64,000 nt of DNA from NCBI RefSeq assembly GCF_963921235.1, contig NC_086109.1, positions 23,376,001 to 23,440,000 of the forward strand, read 5' to 3'. Shown here one piece after another: positions 51,484 through 63,484 of this stretch. How positions within the stretch are numbered: the first letter of the stretch is position 1; every line of letters starts with the position of its first letter. A program made the translations under genes and the position numbers. The notes beneath the pieces are model-generated. The model was not told the DNA's origin and did not search any database. It saw only the letters and a program-made list of their open reading frames with translations. The stretch comes from Mobula hypostoma. Lineage: Eukaryota.

Positions 51484-51604
51484 TACTGTACTAAAAGTAC
51501 TATAAAACTGTGTATTCGTTGCCAATAGTTATTGATGGAGGCATGATGCCATGTTCTTTTGATTGATGGTAAATGAACAAAATCAGTGCTGGCACCTAGT
51601 CTAG

Positions 51605-52065
51605 ATCACAAACACAAGAAAGTCTGCAGATACTGGAAATCCAAGGCAACACACACAAAATGCTAGAGGACCGCAATAGGTCAGGCAGCATCGATGGAAA
51701 AGGGTAAATGGCTGGGCTGAGACCCTTCTTCAGGACTGAGGAGGAAGGGTAAAGATGCCTGAATAAACAGGTGATGGGGGGAGAGGGGAAGGAGGCTGGC
51801 TGGAATGTGGTAGGTGAAGCCAGGTGGGTGGTAAATGTAAAAGGTAGGAGAAGAAAAAATCTGATGGAAGAGGCGAGTAGACCATAGGAGAAAGGGGAGG
51901 AGAAGGGAGCACGGGAAGTAATAAGCAAGTGAGATGAGGTGAAAGGTCAGAGTGTGGAAAGGGGAAGGGAGTAATTTGTTCACCAGAAGGAAAAATTGAT
52001 ATTCATTCCATCAGGTTGGAGGGTACCCAGACGGAATATAAGGTGTTGCTCCTCCACCTTTTGGT
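51605..52065 (-). mobile_element. Penelope 3' end inserted in Tigger
   Basis: Reversed pLTR, purine-rich UTR and ..tcaggttgga..ggtgttgctcctccacc ORF end. Confidence 0.8.
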
Positions 52066-53798
52066 TCGGAGGTGACTTCATACAATGCTATTGATGAATG
52101 CATTTTTAAAATCCTCATTTTTATTGTAAAATTCAAGATGACTGTTGAAATCTTCAAATTCTTCGTAGTTTCTAACTTGTTGAAATAGTGAAGTAGCTTC
52201 AATTTCACCTCTGGCTGTTTCTGGCATCTTCAAGCCTGAATGCTTGAAACCGCAGTGACCAAAACGGTTCTGAATTGTCTTGCTGCTTATTTCTCGCCAA
52301 CTACCAGTGACAAAAATCATTCCTTTTTGAATATAAGCACACACAACTGACCTTATTTAAAAACTGCTGTAAGCATGGTGTAGTTTCTAACAGTCACACA
52401 AGTGCATGCACTGAAGCTAGTTAGAAATTTTTCAGTTAAGTCTCCTGTCCTGGTTAAGCAGCACAGTATCTCAACTAAATAAAGGGAATCCTGGCTATTT
52501 TCACAATTAGGTTTTCTTCTTTCAGAGTTGTCCCAAATAAGCGGCTTCCTGATTAACTGATGACCTAATTGACTGGAATCCACTGTATATCCTTTCTTAG
52601 GTAATGACACTAAAATTGCAGACAGTACTCCAGGTGTGGTTTATCCAGAAACCTGTACAGGTGTTGCAAAAGTCCTTGCTGCTTTTCATTGAAGGCCAAT
52701 ATGCCATTTGCTTCCTAACTGCTTGCTAAACCTGTATGTTTGTTTGTAGTGACTGATATTTATTGATAACTATGTCCTCACCCCCTTCTGAAAACCAACA
52801 TTTCCCAATCTATCATCATTAAAACAATACTTTACCTTTCTGCTTTTCCCACTGTCGTGCACGACTTTACATATCTCAGTGTTATTGTGCACCTGCTCAC
52901 TCATCCAGTCTCCCAAAATCACTTTGAAACTTCTTGGCTATCTTCTCCATTTCCGCAGTTCACAGTTCCGTCTTGTCAGCAGACTTAGGAACTTTATGTC
53001 AAAATCCAAACAGTTCCCGATGCCGAAAATCTGAAATAAAAACAGCAACTTGCTGTAAGAGTCAGCAGATCATGTGGCTTCTTGGAAAGAGAAAAAGAGG
53101 TAGCATTTTAGCTGGAGTCAGATGCTCTGAAATAATTGATCCCAAAGTGGATGACATCACCCCTTCCTGGTATTTCTAAGGGGTCGATAAAGATAAAGGT
53201 GGTAGTAGGCGTGTGCTCGGTAGCAAGGGGAACAGCTGAGGGATTACAGGCCTAGTTTAAGAAATAAATTACTTGTTATAAGCATTTGATTATCAGTGCT
53301 TCATAATTGATTATAATGATCATGTAATCACCTCATCTCTTGCAAACGCACCATTTGCTTAGACTTTGCTGAAAGCATGTGACAGTTGTAAAGAAATGTG
53401 ACACTTCTGTATTTGGTATATCATGAGAAATCTGGACTGAAGAAATTGTGTTACTTCTGGGCCTGCCCAGCGCATTACTGCCGTTCACTACTGCAGTACT
53501 GTGGTAGCTAGTATGATACCCGTACTATTATCATGCAGTTTCACATTTCCCGTGATTTAGAGTATAGCAGTCAATGGGGTAAAGTTCAGAATCTGCCCTT
53601 TCGAGTGGCCTTGAGTGCATTTCTCTCACCCAAGGCCCAGCTGAGATATCGCTGCCCCACTTTATGTACCTTCAGGCATAGAGTCATGTTTTCCCTGAGC
53701 TATGATGACCGTCATAACATTTCCCTTTATTGATCGCAGTGCTTGAGGTTGGACTTAACCAATAGGTGATTGACTGTGGCCATTAATCCATAACGAAA

Positions 53799-55539
53799 AT
53801 GGCAGAAGCAAACCGTATGAAAAAGAAGTGCAGATAGTGTAGTGTGGAGTATCTGAAATATAGATTTATACCAACACCAAGGAACCAACAGCAGCCAATG
53901 TGTCTGTTGCGTGAAAAAGTTCTTTCAACTGAGACAATGAAATCATCCGGACTCCTTGAACATTTGAAGATAACACATTCTGACAAGGCAAACAAGAACT
54001 TGGCGTATTTTCAGTCACTTTGTGAAAACTTTCAGAAATGGAGAACACTTCAAAACATGTGTGCCAGCACTTCATAAGAAAACGGTGATGGTTTGTTTGC
54101 TTCATACAACATTTCACTGCTCATTGCTCAATCTGGAAAGCCCGATTGAATTGGAGAAGAACTGATTCTGCCAGCATTAATGGAGGTTCTGAGTATGGTT
54201 TTACATAAAAATTGAATAAGACCAAATAATTAAAGTGATTCTGCTCAGCGACAGCTCCATTCAGACAGATAGACGAAATGTCTGAGAATATTGAAGACAC
54301 ATTGTACAACATATTTAGGACAACAGAAATTCCTCTGTAGTTGGACGAGTCAAAGTTGCCAGGCAATGAATCTTTGCCTCTTGGTTATGTTCACTTCATT
54401 AGATGAAAGCATGGTTCAAGTGTTGTTATTTGCAAGGAACCTTAGAAATCGATATGAAGAGGGAGTCAATATTTCAGGTTGTTGAGCAATTTTTTAAAGA
54501 GAAGGATGCTCTGCTCGACAACATTCTTGCTTTTGCAACAGATGGGGTGCCAATGACTGGACACGATTCTGAGGTTATTACTTTCTTAAAAAGAGTTATA
54601 CCTAAAATATTTGCCATTCACTGCATAATTCACAATCTCTTGTCACAAAAAAATCTGTGATCAGCTGCACAAATCATTAAATACAGTTTTCACAGAGGTA
54701 AATAAAATCAAGCCCATGCTCTCAATTCTTGATTGTTTTGTCAGTTTTGTGTTGAGAATAATGAACAGTTTGAACACCTGCAAAAGAAGTCAGATGGCTC
54801 CCAAAAGGAAACTAACTGAGAGACTTCTATGCACTTTTTGAAACTCTGATCAAATTCTTTGAAGACTCAAATGCTTCATTCAGTAATCCATTCAAGAATA
54901 TTAGGTATGCCATTGCTTATTTGTCTGAATCATTTAAAAAGTTTAATGAAATCAGTCTTCAGTTGCAAGGAAATGAGGTGAAATCAGGAGTCTCCACATT
55001 CCTATCCAAGTTAGCCCTATTTAAGTGTGACATTGGCCCTCATGATCTTTTCCAATTTATGAGCCTCTCCGAGTTGAAAGAGAATACCAGATGGTGATCT
55101 TCAAGTATACTATGCCCACCTGGGTGACATGTCAGAGAGATTTCAGGATTTTCCCTGGATCCCATTTCCAGATTGGGTAATAAATCCATTCCGGTACAAA
55201 TGTAATGAGGAATTAACAGGAAGGATGGTGAAAGAACTGATCTCGCTACAAAATGGTTTGAGCTGAAGCCGAAATTCAAAAAATCCTATCAAGACTTTTG
55301 GTTGCAGAAAGAAGTCTCTGAACGCTATCCTTCACCGTAGAAAAAGATCAAGACTTTTTTTTTGCCTTTGCAACATCATATTTAGTGAAGCGTGGTTTCA
55401 GTGCAGTCACCCAACTTCTTTTACAGCAATGAAACAGACTGCAAATCACTGAACATGGGGATCTGAGCCACCTCCTGAGTGACAGTCAGCCTGATGTGAC
55501 AAGCTGATATCACTGCACCCAGCCCACCCAGCTCATTGA
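53799..55539 (+). pseudogene. Buster-type hAT transposase (ZBED5/ZBED8-like family), many stops and frameshifts
   Basis: KKKCR..EYLKYRFI..PMCLL..MKSSGLLEHLKITH (BED finger), LDES, ATDGV, IHCIIH, C-terminal ..AHPAH*. Confidence 0.85.
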
Positions 55540-55667
55540 GAGCTCAAAAAGCAATGAAGTAGTGAAAAGCTGGACTATTAATATACGCTCTAAAATTGCT
55601 TTTACTGTAATTAAAGCAATACTTCTATTTGTAACTTTAAATAGAGTTGAATTTTTTTTTGTAATTA

Positions 55668-56619
55668 CATTGGACAACAAATTTTTTCGAAAGTGTTGCT
55701 TCCTCAGAAACCTTCTGTGGTTATGGTAGATGGCCTGAAGCTGAACTCAAATATAATTTCGGACTACTTGTAACACATAGGATTTTGGAGAAACAAGACA
55801 TTTTCTTTTATTGACTATAATGCAATTAATTGCAAAGCGGTGCTGACACTTTGTAACAGTTTAACTAAGCTACAAGTGTTTTGTTGATGATTTTCATTTG
55901 TACTCAGTGTCTGAGGCTTCTTGCTTAAGTGTCCATCAACAATCAGTCAGCATTGATGGATTCCAATTGCCCTGATACTGTTTCTCCATGACCACAATGT
56001 CCTAGTGAAGCCTTTCTCCATGTTCATCACTGATAGCTTCAAGATGTGCAGGAAAGTTGTCTAAATGGGATTGCAGAAGATGGATCTTTAGTGACGTGTT
56101 GTACTTCATGGTTTTGAATGGCTGAAGTATTTTGTCAACCAGCTGCACATAGTTTGGTGCTCTGTAGTTGCCAAGAAAATTTTCAACAATATCCTAAAAG
56201 GCCTTCCATGTGATTTTCTCTGGTCCCACTAGAAGTTCTTCAAATTACCTGTCATTAATGATCTATTTGATTTGTGGACCAGCAAAAATTCTTTCTTTAA
56301 TCTTGACATCTTATTTTGGGGAACATCCGTCTCAGATACCAAAATCCTTCATGGAAATTTATAGTTTTTCTAAAACCTCTCCTGCCATGTAGCATCGGCC
56401 CTGCCTAAGCATGCCCAAGCATGCCTGGACACGATAGAAAACTTTTTAGCTTACATTGTGGCAACATTTTAATTGACTTGAGCTGTGAATTGAAATATCA
56501 CATATAGGCGATTTGAAAATAACGGTGCGTGATAGGGAAATTTCATGGTGATTTTTGTGATCAGCAGACTAAAATACATAAGATACACCCAAAAGTATTC
56601 AGAAAGCAAAATCTTTGTT
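55668..56619 (-). mobile_element. Chapaev3-like transposon relic nested in hAT
   Basis: tta|cattggacaacaaa terminus; minus peptide KIKERIFAGPQI..SLKIHLLQSHLDNFPAHLEAISDEHGERLH*DI..YQGNWNPSML; other end ..ctttgtt appears clipped. Confidence 0.7.
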
Positions 56620-57334
56620 ATTTGTCACTGCTTTGAATTTGTAGTTCCTATTTTCTTTCACCAAGCATTGTAAATGAAAATTCTTTATTGCCTTGATGTA
56701 ATGGCCAGAAAGGGAGATAGGGGGCATTGGGAATGTGGTCTGGGAGCCAAAGGGCAGTAGCCCAAAACACTTTTAGGAACCACCGCTCTAATATATTTAA
56801 GAAGTATTTGGAGGAACACATGAAATGCCATGCCATTCAGCCCATAGCCTTCTTTGCTGGGAAATGGGATCAGTGCCTTTTGGCTGGCACAGCCATGGTG
56901 ATCCAAAGGGCCAGTTTCTGTGCTCCAGAGCAGAGAGGTTGAAGCCTCTTCATCAGAAGTATTGGTTCCCTCAATCAGGTCATTGATAGTACATGGCTGT
57001 AATCTGGAACTGCTACCTTGTTTTGAATACGAAGGATGGAGATAATTAAAAAAAGGGATTGACATTCAGATTCCCAAACTTCCGGTGATCAGATTGCTGT
57101 TGGGGAGTATGTGATACACAAATGCTTTTTCAGAAATGAGTGAGTTTGGTTATGGTTTGAATTTAATTGATTTCTGGATCTGGAAGTTATATCAGGATAA
57201 GAAGTTGGCTGTTTAAGGTTGAGATTTGGGGAAACGATTTTTCATTGATCATGTTAATGGATTTTTGGATTCCTTAACCCTAGAGGGTTGTGGATGCTTG
57301 GTTAATGTGTATTTTCAAGATTGCAATGAATGTA

Positions 57335-57860
57335 TTTCTTTTTTAAAAACTTATTTTTATTTGGATAAAGGATTCACAAGTAATGCACAAACTTTTTTTT
57401 ACATATATAACCTTTTCCATTTTTTATGTGACTAAATCTATATTAATTTGTATATTCACAAGTACACATTGAGATAATATAGAAAATAATTAGGCACACA
57501 AATGTTTATGTGCAATTGTAATTTAACGCTATTAAACTAAATAATGATAATAGTTGTTATAAAAATATTAATAATAGTGGTTGAATACTAATTTCCATGT
57601 ATCTCTTCTGGCCTATTTCTTTCTGGTCCAAAATTTCCCCAGATGGTTCTTTACTGGTACTAATTCCACATTTTCCAAAAAAAAATAACAGTAAACATTT
57701 GAGCCAAGGGTGCTTGCGTTAACACTATTACTATGTTGGTGAGACAAACAGTATAAACCATTATGAGAGTCATCTAAGTTCTCAGAGAGTAGGTCATCTT
57801 TTCCATGTTAAGTATTTCCAAAATGATTTCATGCCAACCTTCTAATGTAGGTGATGGCAA
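57335..57860 (-). mobile_element. L1/Tx1-type LINE 3' end
   Basis: PSPTLEGWHEIILEILNMEKMTYSLR resembles the L1-clade ORF2 C-terminus; T-rich reversed tail. Confidence 0.55.
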
Positions 57861-58794
57861 TGAATGTATTTCATACGTTAAACAAATTACCGGATTAGTA
57901 GTGTGGGTGAGAGAAAGGGGCATTGCGGTGCATTGCCTTGATATAATAGATTGAGGAGGAGGCAGTTGTCTTCCTTTTTTTTGGTGACTACTTATTTTCA
58001 CACACTTCTTGCTTTGTTGTTTTCTTCTCTCTGCTTGAGTGACTTGCATCCTTGGCTGAATATAAACACAGGATCTTGGGTGAAGGTCAGAGCAGCACTG
58101 ACTCATTCTGTGGGATTATGAAACGTGAAAATTTCTTGGTCATCAGCAGATGTTGCATTTTTGAACATGGGGAATAAAGCCTCCGTACAGAATACTGGAA
58201 AGCTCTGAGGCATTCTTCATCTCTGGTTGCACTCTGAACTCAGGGAGATTCCAATTCTATATTTATATTTAAGATAATTTTGATTTTTTTAAAAATTAAG
58301 TATTTCTTTTATTTTTGGAACCGTTTCCAAGCTCATCAGAAATTTCTGAGTAAATTTCTGAGCAAATACCCACTTGGTGTTAGGACACAGTGTGGCTTGG
58401 CACAAGTTGATGGGTTTCTCATATCTAAATTGTTTATAGCTAGCAATAAAGACTTGAAAGTGAAATGTGGGTTCATATTCCCCAGTATGCAGTACTGCTG
58501 AAGTTCTTCCCATTTGGATGGACAATACCAAGGGACTGCTACACTCTTGAGGAAATAATATTAAGAATGCTGCACTTCAGGAGTTTCAAACCAAAGGAGC
58601 AGTGCACTAACAATGATGGTCTGTTGTACAGATTTAGTAGCAGCATCAGGATTACACTACGTAGAGAAGATGTTAAACTGAGGTGCTCATCTTCTCATGT
58701 AAATGATTATAGCCTGGACACCTGCCCATTTTTTCCTCTTAACCTGAGAACAATAGCACAAACTCCAGATAATGTGGCATTTAAACAGATTGAT

Positions 58795-59495
58795 AAGCAC
58801 AAGCGATTCTGCAGATGCTGGAAATTCATAGCAACACACTCAAAAAGCTGGAGGAACTCAGTAAGTCAGGCAGCGTCTATGCAGAGGAAAAAACATTTGA
58901 AGTTTGGGGCCGAGACCCTTCATTGGGTCTGGAAAGGGAGGAGGAAGAAGGCAGATTAGGAAGGAGTGGGAGGAAAAGGAGTAGAGGCTGGTGGGTGAGG
59001 GGGAAGGTGAGTAGGTTGGGGGGGAGTGAGACTGAAACGAGAAGCTGGGTGATAGGTTGAAGAGGTAAAGTGCTGAAGAAGAAGGAATCTGGTAGGAAAG
59101 GACTGTAAATCATGGGAGAGATGGAAGGAGAAGGGGCACCAGAAGAAAAGGGGTAACAGAAGAGCCTGAAAGAGAATGGAAAAAAAAGAAAAGAGGGTGG
59201 GCAGAGAAATTGATGTTCATGCTGTCAGTTTGGAGGTTACCAAGCCAAAGTATGAGGTGTTGCTCCTCCATCCTGAGATTGGCCTCGTTGTAACAGCAGA
59301 GGAGGCCATGGACCAACATGGGAGTGGAAAGTAGATTTAAAATAGGTGGCCACCGAGACGTCCTGCCTGTTGGAGTGCAGGTGCTTGACGAAGTGGTCCT
59401 CCCATTTACATCGAGTCTCAGTGATGTAAGGGAGGCCACACGGAGAGCACCAGATACAGTAGATGACCCCGACAGACTTGCGGGTGAAGTATTTC
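58795..59495 (-). mobile_element. Penelope 3' fragment (GIY-YIG + pLTR)
   Basis: GVIYCIWCSPCGLPYITET; RMEEQHLI..LQTDSMNINF; reversed pLTR. Confidence 0.85.
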
Positions 59496-60649
59496 CTTTG
59501 AGTTTTGAACCTGGGCCAAAACCCTACCCATTCATTCATTTGCTGGGAGTGGTGAATAAATAAAATATTAAAATTTACCCTGCTAGCAATCTCAGTAAGC
59601 AATGTCTGTTTTCTTTATTATTCAGTTGCACCATCTTAGTGTTGACATGTTTCAACGTGAAGGCTGAAGCTAGTATGCATAGTAAATACAGTTCAGTTTA
59701 TAAATAGATCCTTAATAAAGCCTAAAAGAATCCTGTGATGCATTGTGGCTGTTCCATAATAACTCTGATCTGGCATTGTTATCTAAATTTTATTCCCCTC
59801 CCTTGCTCCCAACACTTTCAAACAGTCATTGTGTAGGGTGATGAGCAGAAAGTGCAAGATTGTGGCTTATGGTGACACCACCTTCTTGTCTCTTGGGGCA
59901 GGCCAAACACTTCACCCAAACAAACTCTGCACTGAGCTAACCAATGAGTGACAGGATCTGTTTGGCTTGTTTGAAGGCTGCCCGGCACACAATGAGTTAA
60001 CTGCAATATCATGAATCCCTGGGCTTCCTTTATTGTGTGTCAGAGCATTGCCTGCTCTTGTTGAGGCATTTTCAAGAAGTGGGAAGGTGCTGAGCAATAT
60101 CACTACTTGCAGTGCCCTTGCCGAGTGACAGCCATACGCAGTTTGTGGAAAAGACACACAGGGGAGACAGTGGACTTCTTCTTTCTCAGCTCTGTTGAGT
60201 TATCCCCGCTAATTTTTCTTTTGCAGCCTCTGGAGATTTCAGCAAGCCTGATTTCTATAAAGGAGGAGCGTGGACCAGGGTGAAGCACTGAAAAGAGAAG
60301 GTTGGCAGCATAAAATAGGTAATTGTTTCAAGTCTTTTAACTGCTTCTCTTTATCTGTCAGCAGAAAGGGAGAAAAAAAGCCGATCTTCTCATTGGGAAA
60401 GAACAAGCCTGATTTGTATAGTAGCGTTCAGAGTCTTGCATTACCCTGAAGTGTCTTACAAGCAATATTTTTGAATGGTTATATAAACACGAAATGCTGG
60501 AAACACTCAATAGGTCAGGCAGAATCTGTGGAAAGAGAAACAGAATTAATGTTTGAGGTTGGAGAGCCTTCATCAGAACTCAGCGTGTTGGTTTTTTGAT
60601 TTCAGCTTTCCAGCATCTGCAGTTTTTGTCTTTAATTTTGGAAATGTCG

Positions 60650-60955
60650 TAAAGCAGAAAGTACGCTGTTGGTTTGCATAGAGTAAGCTCCCACAAACTC
60701 TGACAACAACCAGGTGGTCTGTTTTGGTGATGTCTTTTGAGGATTAAGTATGGACTTGGGCACCGGAGCAAACCTCTGTGCTTTATTGCAAAGTAGTGCT
60801 GGGGAAATTTTTCTTCCACTTGATACACTTAACACTTTAGCTAATAATTGGCAACTTCTGCAATGAGGCAGTTCCTCCGAACAGCGCAAGAATTTTGACC
60901 TGGGTTTGGTGCTCATGTTACTGAAGTGAGGCTTTAATCCGCGACCTACAAACAC
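60650..60955 (-). mobile_element. Ancient DeuSINE-like (AmnSINE1/SacSINE1-type) copy
   Basis: gctcccacaaac..accag..tctgttttggtgatgt..gaggattaagtat..caccgg..tagtgc resembles the reversed Deu domain as I recall it; weaker copies near 25130-25250 and 58460-58750. Confidence 0.5.
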
Positions 60956-62334
60956 AGGGGAAGAGGACAGAATGAGGCAGGGTACTTGTGACCCTTCATC
61001 CAGTAACTCTAGTTAACTGGACATTGGATGAAGGAATTTGTCAAGTGTACCAGTTGAACAGCCAGATCACTGACTTGGCTGACTTGCAAACAGCGCAAAT
61101 TGAGAATGGCAGTTTACACTCACATGCTACCCGTATGTTGAATCCCCAGGGTAACACCATGCTAGTTGTCAAAGTTTAGTGATTAGATCCAGGCATACCA
61201 TGGCCTTATTATTGTTGCATTGCAAGCATAAGAGATTCAGGAAATGCTGGAAATCTAGATGAAATCCAGATTCTTGATGAGGGCTTGCTGTCTGAAACAT
61301 CGTCTATTTATTCCTCTCTATAGATACTGAGTTCCTCCGGCATTTTGTGTGTATTGCTCATTGTTTGGGAGAAATTGCAATGAACAAATTGGCCTCTGTG
61401 CTTTCTTACATCAAACCAATGATTACATGCCAGAATTTTAAAAAACATTAATTGCACAGTGTTTTGGGATGTCCTGCAGTTATTAATACAAATCTTTCTT
61501 CTGCCTGTTAAACTGTGTTGCCATAAACCTTGCAGTCAGGGGAATCAAAGGTAAGTTTACAAAATAGGAAAGGTGCAATTTATAGCAATGGTGTTGTGAG
61601 GGCTGACGCAATGAAATTTGTTGATGCTTTTGGCTGAATATGCTGTGTGCAGTCCAAAATTTGGTGCAAACCCTTGCACTAGGAAACATTTAAGATGAAA
61701 CTATAGACCTAGAGTTATTTTTCCTGATGTCCTGATGAAGCATCTTAGCTCAAAATGTTGATTGTTTATTGCTCTCCCTCGACGAACCTGCTGAGTTCCT
61801 CTAGCATTTGGTGTGTGTTACTCTGGATTTCTAGCATCTGTAGAATCTCTTGTGTTTGGTGAGTCATTTTTCTTGTAAACTTATGCCGCTGTTACCCTTT
61901 TGAGAAGATATAAAGCTCATTTTTCACTGTCCATAACGTGCCTTCAATCCACACTTAGTCACACTTGAGGGTTTCGGAGTGCGAATACCGGTTGAGCTGA
62001 AACATTTCAATCCTGGAGTAATGTTTCAGTTGGATGGTGGTTCTTGACTGGAGATCTGGTTACAGAAGTTGTTTATGTAAGTAAACAGTCCTTGGTCGTC
62101 AAAGCGAGTGGAAAAAGATACGGTCATTACAGGTACAGCATGCAGGTTTCATATCAAAGTGCAGATCTCTTTTTGTTGTGGTGGTCCAATTAGGATAGGA
62201 TTAAAATTTCCACAATAAAAGCAAAAAAATGCTGGATGTACTCCCAGCTTTTCCAGGGCACATGTAAAGAAGTCTAAAACAAATGACTTCATTAGAACTG
62301 ATTAATTCTGCTGAAAGATCTTTAATATGAAAGC

Positions 62335-62690
62335 TTCTTCTTCTTGGGCCCGTAGCTCCCAGTGGAGCATAGGCCATCGATGACCTCCCATCTCCAACAT
62401 CCTGTGTTCTGAGCCAGTTTCTCAAGGTGGACCAGGGGTGTCCCCATTGTCTAAGTTTAGCCTCAACATCTCTCCTCAATGTATTCTTTGGCCATCCATA
62501 TTTCCTCTTTCCTTGGGCACTCTATTTTAATACCTGCCTGGTGATGTTGGTTGGCTTCCTCAAGCCGTGATTAGTTCTCCTCCATTTCTGTTTGCGTATT
62601 TGTATCTCCGTGGATTCCTAGTTGGTGTTTTCCCACAGGGTCTGGTTGGTTAATTTGTCAGTCCATCTGCTGTTTAGGATCCTTCTCAGG
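62335..62690 (-). mobile_element. RTE LINE 3' end
   Basis: Minus coding end (IQIRKQKWRR..LRRDVEAKL) and (gaa)n tail. Confidence 0.7.
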
Positions 62691-63484
62691 TCTGAAACAA
62701 CAGACAAAAAAAATGCAGTAGGAAAAATGTCAGCCTGAAAAGTTGACTGCTCATTTCCCTCCTTAGATGGATCTTGACCTGCTGAGTTTCTCCAGCATTT
62801 TGTGTGTGTTGCTCCAGATTTCCATCATCTGCAGAATCTCTGAATCTCTTATTGGCCTGAAGCATTCTCTCTTCACTGATACTGCATGGCCCAATGAGTA
62901 ATTGGAGCATTTTGTTTAATTTAGACTTTCAGCATTAGCTGCAGTTTAATGTTATTTAACAAGCACAAACTCATGTCACTTTAAGAAGCTATACTGTTAT
63001 TTAGAGTCATAGAGTTATTCGGCACAGAACCAGGCCCTTCATCCCAGCTCAACCACGTTAAAAACATCGTCTGCCTGAGCTGGTCCCATTTATCTGCATT
63101 TGGCCCGTATACCTCTAGAACTTTCCTTTCTATCTGTTTAGATGCCTTTCAAGTATTGTAATGCTACCCTGTGCCTGGCAGCTTGTTCCATAAACCCATC
63201 ACCCTCTGTGTGGAAAAAGCTGCCTCTCAGCTCCTCTTCGAATTTTTTCTGCTCTCACCTTAAATTAGTGCCCTCTACTTTTAAACTATCCTATCCTGGA
63301 GAAAAGATTATGATCTTATTTGTGTCCCTCATGATTTTATATACCTCTCATGTTTTTATGGGATATATAATATACACTTAGTGGTTACTTTATTGGGTAC
63401 ACCTGTGCAGCTACTTGCAAATATCTCATCAGCTGAACATGTGGCAGTGACTTAATGTGTTAAAGCATGCGGATATGGCTCTCC

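Larger units (their letters stand above)
50024..52585 (-). mobile_element. Non-autonomous Tigger/pogo element hosting Helitron and Penelope inserts
   Basis: TA|cagtgaactcc ... ggaatccactg|TA; minus peptide SWREISSKTIQNRFGHCGF matches the pogo W..V...TI.NCF...GF motif. Confidence 0.8.
53133..56785 (+). mobile_element. Decayed full-length hAT Buster/Charlie transposon
   Basis: Right end ..ggaaccaccg + ctctaata; weak left end taattgatcccaaagtgg preceded by ctctgaaa. Left boundary uncertain. Confidence 0.65.

Noticed and set aside
53799..55539. Domesticated ZBED/SCAND3-type gene
   Set aside because: Multiple stops and frameshifts, and it sits within transposon ends.
58465..58959. 164-aa ORF
   Set aside because: Reads through an old SINE-like relic and a reversed Penelope pLTR; chance ORF.
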